Positions 59,221-64,000 of a stretch of 64,000 bases of DNA are shown piece after piece. The DNA comes from Armatimonadota bacterium. Lineage in GTDB: Bacteria > Armatimonadota > Armatimonadia > Armatimonadales > Armatimonadaceae. The DNA is taken from contig JAYUUO010000282.1 in the NCBI GenBank assembly GCA_043754515.1, positions 12,449 to 76,448 of the forward strand, given 5' to 3'. Position 1 is the first letter of the stretch. Every line of letters starts with the position of its first letter. The notes beneath the pieces were generated by a model. That model ran no database searches, was not told the DNA's origin, and saw nothing but the letters and a program-made list of their open reading frames with translations. The position numbers and the translations under genes were made by a program.

Positions 59221-60500
59221 GTGAACACCCCTTGAAAACACCCCCGAACACGATCGAAACCGCCTCCGCGTTCGACAACGCACGACAACGCCTCGATGCC
59301 GTGGCGGAAAAAATCGCGCTGGCTCCCGAAGTGTTGGCGCAATTGCGCGAGTGCAAGCGCGAACTCTCCGTTCATTTTCCGGTGAAGATGGACGACGGCA
59401 CGGTGAAAATGTTCGCCGGATACCGCGTCCACCATAACGTCACGCGCGGGCCGGCGAAAGGCGGAATCCGGTTCCACCCCGACACGAACCTCGACGAAGT
59501 GCGTGCCCTCGCTTTCTGGATGACGGTGAAGTGCGCCGTGGTCAATATACCGTTCGGCGGCGCGAAAGGCGGTGTTGCTTGCGACCCCTCTGCTCTCTCG
59601 ATGGGCGAACTGGAGCGGCTGACACGCCGGTACACGTCCGAAATCGCCGTGCTACTGGGTCCCGACAAGGACATCCCCGCGCCCGACGTCAACACGAACG
59701 GCCAGATCATGGCGTGGGTTATGGATACTTACTCGCAGGAGGCCGGGCATACCGTGCCCGCCGTAGTGACAGGCAAGCCGCTCGCGGTCGGTGGCTCCGA
59801 AGGGCGCGTTGAAGCGACGGGGCGCGGCGTGGTCACGATCACCCGCGAACTGCTTCTGTCGAAGGGCGGCCAACTCCCCGGCACCACGGTCGCAGTACAG
59901 GGCTTCGGGAACGTCGGTGCCATCGCGGCGTCTGGCTTCTTCCGCGCCGGGGCGAAAGTGGTCGCCGTCTCCGACGTGCGCGGCGCGATCTTCAACCCGA
60001 AGGGCCTATATATCAACGCCGTACGTGAGTTCACAAAAAACACCGGTAGCATCGTCGGGTTTCCTGGGTCCGAGCCGCTCGACCCGGCGGACCTGCTGAC
60101 GCTACCCGTGGATGTGCTGGTGCCCGCCGCGCTCCAGGATCAGATCACCGCCGCGAACGCCGACCGGGTGCGGGCGCGCTACATCGTCGAGGGCGCGAAC
60201 GGGCCGACGACGCCGCATGCGGACGTTATCTTGAACGCGAATGGAGTAATCATCGTCCCCGATGTCGTGGCGAACGCGGGTGGAGTTACGGTGTCTTATT
60301 TCGAGTGGGTACAGGGCTTGCAGTCGTTCTTCTGGTCCGAAGAGGAAGTCAACTCCAAGCTGGAGCAGATTTTGGTGCGCGCCTTCGGTCAGGTGCGCGC
60401 CGCCGCCGACAGGTACCGAACGGATTTGCGAACCGCCGCCTACATCGTGGGAGTGGGGCGCGTCGCCGAGGCGATCCAGGCGCGGGGAATCTACCCGTAG
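59217..60500 (+). CDS. gdhA: Glu/Leu/Phe/Val dehydrogenase (glutamate dehydrogenase)
   Basis: GPAKGGIRF, FGGAKGG, DIPAPDVNT, QGFGNVG, EGANGP, ANAGGVTVSYFEW. Confidence 0.93.
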   Translation: MSEHPLKTPPNTIETASAFDNARQRLDAVAEKIALAPEVLAQLRECKRELSVHFPVKMDDGTVKMFAGYRVHHNVTRGPAKGGIRFHPDTNLDEVRALAFWMTVKCAVVNIPFGGAKGGVACDPSALSMGELERLTRRYTSEIAVLLGPDKDIPAPDVNTNGQIMAWVMDTYSQEAGHTVPAVVTGKPLAVGGSEGRVEATGRGVVTITRELLLSKGGQLPGTTVAVQGFGNVGAIAASGFFRAGAKVVAVSDVRGAIFNPKGLYINAVREFTKNTGSIVGFPGSEPLDPADLLTLPVDVLVPAALQDQITAANADRVRARYIVEGANGPTTPHADVILNANGVIIVPDVVANAGGVTVSYFEWVQGLQSFFWSEEEVNSKLEQILVRAFGQVRAAADRYRTDLRTAAYIVGVGRVAEAIQARGIYP

Positions 60501-60592
60501 AAGTAAGAGACGGGCGTGGTGAAGTCCGACGTAGCACTCAGAGTGACCAACGCGGGGGAACGAAGCGGCCGACGCATTTCGTATAACGGGCT

Positions 60593-62599
60593 ATGAAACC
60601 TCCGTTTTTTGTGCTCGCCGCCACCATTCTACTGCCAATCGCGCCTTCCTACACCCTCGCCGCCCCCCCGACCGCTCCGGCGGGCAGGATCGCAACCGCC
60701 ACGCCGATGAACTCCGCCGACGTACCCGGCTCGGACGCTGAGGCGCGACGCTTCGCCGCGACCGCGCCCAAAGCCGAGCAGTACCCGAGCGCGGCGAAGG
60801 CGACGATCATAGACACCGCCGAAATAACCGTGCAAAAGAATGGTGCCACTAAGAACAAGACGCGCCTCACGACCCGGATCTTCACCGACCGCGCCCGTGA
60901 TGAGGCGGGCGAGGTACGTATCCCGTACACGACCGGTGATCAAATGGTCACGGTGCTGTTCGCCCGCACCATCCGGCCCGACGGTACAGTGATCGCCGTT
61001 AAGCCCGAGGATATACACGATTTACCGTTCGGCGACGGCGAGTCGTATGCCGACGCCCGCGTGAAAGCCTTTTCGATGCCCGCGATGGAGCCGGGTGCTA
61101 TCGTGGATTATCAGTACGTGATCGAGGATAAGAACCCTTACATCCCCGGTGGGTTCTGGACCGGCTGGTATTTCGGCGGGCTGGAGCCGCGCATGCTCTC
61201 GCGCCTGACGATCATCGCGCCGAAGGACATGGTGCTCCGCGAGGCACCGAAGAATGTGAAGTCCGAGGGGCGGACGAACGTCATGTCGCGCACGAAGCGC
61301 GATCTTTCGGACGGCATGGTCGAGTATGCCTACGAGATGCGCAAGATTGAGCCGCTCGCCGTAGAACCACTGATGCCCTCGCCGATAGGCTGTCTCCCGC
61401 AACTGCGCATCTCGTCGCTCTCGAACTGGCAGGACGTTTCCGGGCTGTACTGGAAACTTGCGAAGGACCGTGAGGTCGCTGACGCCCGCCTGAAGCAGAT
61501 CACCGCCGATGTGACAAAGGGAAAAACGACGCCCGAAGCGAAGGCGAAGGCGATCTTCTATTACGTGGAAGAAAAGACCCGCTACGTGGCGAAGGAGCTC
61601 GGGATCGGTGCCATCCAGCCGCGCCCCGCCGCCGACACGTGTTTGAACTTCTACGGCGACTGTAAAGACATGACCACGCTTCTGGTCGCGATGTGCCGCG
61701 AAGCGGGCGTCACTGCGTACCCGGTCCTGCTCCACGCTGGGTCGAAACAAGCCATTCGCGACACACTACCGAGCTTGGACGCGTTCAACCACGCGATCTG
61801 TCTCGCGGAAATTGGGGGCAAGAAATACTGGCTGGACGCGACGGCGCAGATCTGCCCGTTCGGAGAAATACCGGGCGGGGATCGGGGCGCGGACGCGTTC
61901 GTGATCCGCGAGGGGAAGGGGGAGTTCGAGACGATTCCGCCGTACCTGCCGGAGGAAAACCGCCAGTCGCTGACCGCCAAACTCTCGCTGAATGCCGACG
62001 GCTCCGCGAAGGGCAACGTCACGGTCGCCTCGTCTGCGGACAACAACATGGGCCTGCGCATGGCGTTCATGAACACGCCGGTGGAGAAGCATAAGCAACT
62101 CGTGGAGGCACTCGCGCGTAGTATCGCCCCGAACCCGCGCATCGTGAGTTGGAAGGTGTCCGACTATCGTAACAAGGACGTGCCCGTGATGGTCACGTTC
62201 GACGCGACATTCCCGGCATGGGCGAAACATTCGGGCGGATTGCTCCTATTCGCTGCGCGCCCCGAGCAGAACAACGAGCGCAATTCGTCGCCGTTCGGAC
62301 AGGACACGGTGCGGATCCTGCCGATCACGCAGGAAGTCGCGGTACTCGGAGAGTCGCAACTCGAACTAACGCTCCCGGCAGGGTACACGCTCCTCGAACC
62401 GCCCGCGAACGCCAGTGTTCGGAGCGATCTGGGCAATTACCAGCGCAAGGTTTCGGTGGTCGGTGACCGCTTGACTATCTCCGTATTCGGCACTGAGTAC
62501 CGCGCCTCGGTCGCGCCGGGCCGGTACGGCGAAGTGCAGTCGTACTTCCAAAATTACCTGAATGCGGCAGAGGAGTCGGTTGTCGTCAAGAAGAAGTAG
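60593..62599 (+). CDS. Secreted DUF3857 plus transglutaminase-like protein
   Basis: Signal peptide; ARTIRPDG, GAIVDYQY; catalytic YGDCKD, FNHAI, WLDAT. Confidence 0.88.
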   Translation: MKPPFFVLAATILLPIAPSYTLAAPPTAPAGRIATATPMNSADVPGSDAEARRFAATAPKAEQYPSAAKATIIDTAEITVQKNGATKNKTRLTTRIFTDRARDEAGEVRIPYTTGDQMVTVLFARTIRPDGTVIAVKPEDIHDLPFGDGESYADARVKAFSMPAMEPGAIVDYQYVIEDKNPYIPGGFWTGWYFGGLEPRMLSRLTIIAPKDMVLREAPKNVKSEGRTNVMSRTKRDLSDGMVEYAYEMRKIEPLAVEPLMPSPIGCLPQLRISSLSNWQDVSGLYWKLAKDREVADARLKQITADVTKGKTTPEAKAKAIFYYVEEKTRYVAKELGIGAIQPRPAADTCLNFYGDCKDMTTLLVAMCREAGVTAYPVLLHAGSKQAIRDTLPSLDAFNHAICLAEIGGKKYWLDATAQICPFGEIPGGDRGADAFVIREGKGEFETIPPYLPEENRQSLTAKLSLNADGSAKGNVTVASSADNNMGLRMAFMNTPVEKHKQLVEALARSIAPNPRIVSWKVSDYRNKDVPVMVTFDATFPAWAKHSGGLLLFAARPEQNNERNSSPFGQDTVRILPITQEVAVLGESQLELTLPAGYTLLEPPANASVRSDLGNYQRKVSVVGDRLTISVFGTEYRASVAPGRYGEVQSYFQNYLNAAEESVVVKKK

Positions 62600-62829
62600 T
62601 ACCGTTGCTTTCGCGGGCTATGGATCCGCTTGTTCTAGCCGCGTTGGTCGGGCGGATCATTCCATTGCGATTCGCCCGGTCGGTGTAAAAACTTAATACT
62701 TTTTTTACCGAAACTTAACATAACGATTCTCCAAAGTTGGTATCGTGTACGGGAATCGTAACCATCATCGGTTGCCCAAAATCCCTGCCCGTCAGGTGGG
62801 AAAATTACACGTTTCGGAAGGAAAGTACC

Positions 62830-63573
62830 GTGCGCATTACGCGTTTTTTGACCGCGATTTCGGCGGCTGCGTTCGGCGTTCTCTTCATCGACACCGCGAA
62901 CGCCCAGTTCGTGATCAGCCAAATCTACCCGCGGGGTGGATCCAACATCGCCGCTACCTATAACTACGATTGCATCGAGTTGTTTAACAATGGCGGTTCA
63001 TCCGTCAATCTCTCGGGGTTCTCGGTACAGTACTCTTCGGCGACCAGTTCGGCGGTTTCAGGTAGCACTGCGCTCACCGGTACCATAGCGGGAAAGGGAT
63101 TTCACCTCATCCAAACGGGGACCGCGGGGACTGCCGGTGGCCCGGCACCCGTTACGCCCGACCAAGTCGGCGGCTCACTCAACCTTTCTGCCACTGCGGG
63201 CAAAGTGTTTCTTGCCAATACCACGGTTGCGGCAACGTTCGGGGTTGGCGCGAACTTCGGGGGAGCGTCGAGTTCGAATATGGTTGATGCGATCGGGTAT
63301 GGCGCAACCGCGAATGCCTATGAAGGTGCGACGGGGCCGGCCCCTGCTCTCGCCACAGGGAACGCGCAGCCATTATCAAGGTCTTCGACCGGGATAGGCG
63401 TGAGCCGCATCTTCACTGACACGAACAACAACGCGAATGATTTCACAGCGGGGACTCCTAGTTTGCGGAGTGGGAATGTAGTGACCGCCGTGCCCGAAGC
63501 GAATACGCTCGGCCTTCTGATCGCGGTGCTACCGCTGGTCGGCGGCGTGATCGTCGCCCGCCGCCGCAAGTAG
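62830..63573 (+). CDS. Lamin-tail-domain protein with PEP-CTERM-like sorting signal
   Basis: Signal peptide ANAQ; VISQIY..GG...YNYD.IELFN; DTNNNANDF; C-terminal AVPE + TM helix + RRRK. Confidence 0.88.
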   Translation: MRITRFLTAISAAAFGVLFIDTANAQFVISQIYPRGGSNIAATYNYDCIELFNNGGSSVNLSGFSVQYSSATSSAVSGSTALTGTIAGKGFHLIQTGTAGTAGGPAPVTPDQVGGSLNLSATAGKVFLANTTVAATFGVGANFGGASSSNMVDAIGYGATANAYEGATGPAPALATGNAQPLSRSSTGIGVSRIFTDTNNNANDFTAGTPSLRSGNVVTAVPEANTLGLLIAVLPLVGGVIVARRRK

Positions 63574-63606
63574 ACTGCGGCGCGACGGCGTGTGAGGTAC
63601 GTAGAG

Positions 63607-63648
63607 ACAGGGCAGGCTCGGCTCCGCGCGGAGTCGAGCCTGCCCTGT
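63607..63648. terminator. Long near-perfect palindrome after the PEP-CTERM gene
   Basis: ACAGGGCAGGCTCGGCTCCG-cg-CGGAGTCGAGCCTGCCCTGT, with one G-T pair. Confidence 0.65.
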
Positions 63649-63705
63649 TCTTGACTGTGATCTTTTTCAATGACGATAAATATATGAATTAGTGCAACCA
63701 TATAT

Positions 63706-63892
63706 TATAATTGTCCCAGTATTTTAGACATAAAATCGGGTTATCTTAAGGTGGATAACCATGATGAAAAGAACCCGAAAACAGTACCCATCGGTCCTCG
63801 AAGCCAAGATCGTCCTAGAGGCGATCCGCGAAACCAAGACGGTGGTCGCGCTGGCCACGGAACATCAGACACACCCGAATCTGATTACCAAT
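63706..63892 (+). mobile_element. IS3-family remnant: left end plus truncated OrfA HTH
   Basis: From ATG 63761: MMKRTRKQYPSVLEAKIVLEAIRETKTVVALATEHQTHPNLITN resembles IS3 OrfA, then similarity is lost. Upstream TATAATTGTCCCAGTATTTTAGACA resembles an IS3 IRL. Confidence 0.72.
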
Positions 63893-64000
63893 AGGAGTTA
63901 CACGGTTCGTCAAGGAACGCGGGTTGAAACCCACGTCATCGGCGAAACAAGTACAGTCAAAACTTGTTTTGACGATTGCCTGTCCAGGCTACTTCGTAGC

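Noticed and set aside
60535..60550. CIRCE operator, suggested by TAGCACTC-A-GAGTGACCA
   Set aside because: The spacer is 1 nt rather than 9, the right arm is imperfect, and it is not upstream of a chaperone gene. No CIRCE is seen before dnaJ either.

Overview
GC-rich bacterial chromosomal segment. The PEP-CTERM protein, PilT and the style of the lipoproteins are compatible with Armatimonadota, but this is an inference only. From left to right the window holds: the tail of a surface-polysaccharide locus (GT4s, Wzy-like protein, O-acyltransferase, WcaF-like acetyltransferase, GT2); a fused AhbA/AhbB siroheme decarboxylase; leuB; aroA; a fasciclin protein; an ECF sigma/anti-sigma/NfeD operon; ABC transporter parts; two adjacent pseudogenes (DUF4291-like, GH32); a three-gene cell-surface cluster behind a long structured leader; a three-gene operon (FG/Gly-rich lipoprotein plus two paralogous beta-rich proteins); a DEAD-box helicase; an RsbW-like protein; an acetamidase; an MFS transporter; a photolyase; pilT; a small AT-richer island; a short pheT; dnaJ-prmA split by a two-gene aspartyl-protease cassette; GH51; apgM; gdhA; a DUF3857/transglutaminase protein; a PEP-CTERM protein; and an IS3 remnant. 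There are two leading candidates for an undescribed system. (1) 24732-28399: two lipoproteins with a shared 'strand-W-x-x-RTR' N-terminal domain, where the free C-terminal tail of the first (GGADISVK) mimics the first strand of the second (GGLSLSVT), suggesting a type V pilus-like donor-strand assembly. (2) 32622-34862: the FG-repeat lipoprotein operon. I recognised no CRISPR array, rRNA or tRNA. All family calls come from motif recognition by eye; no database search was run.
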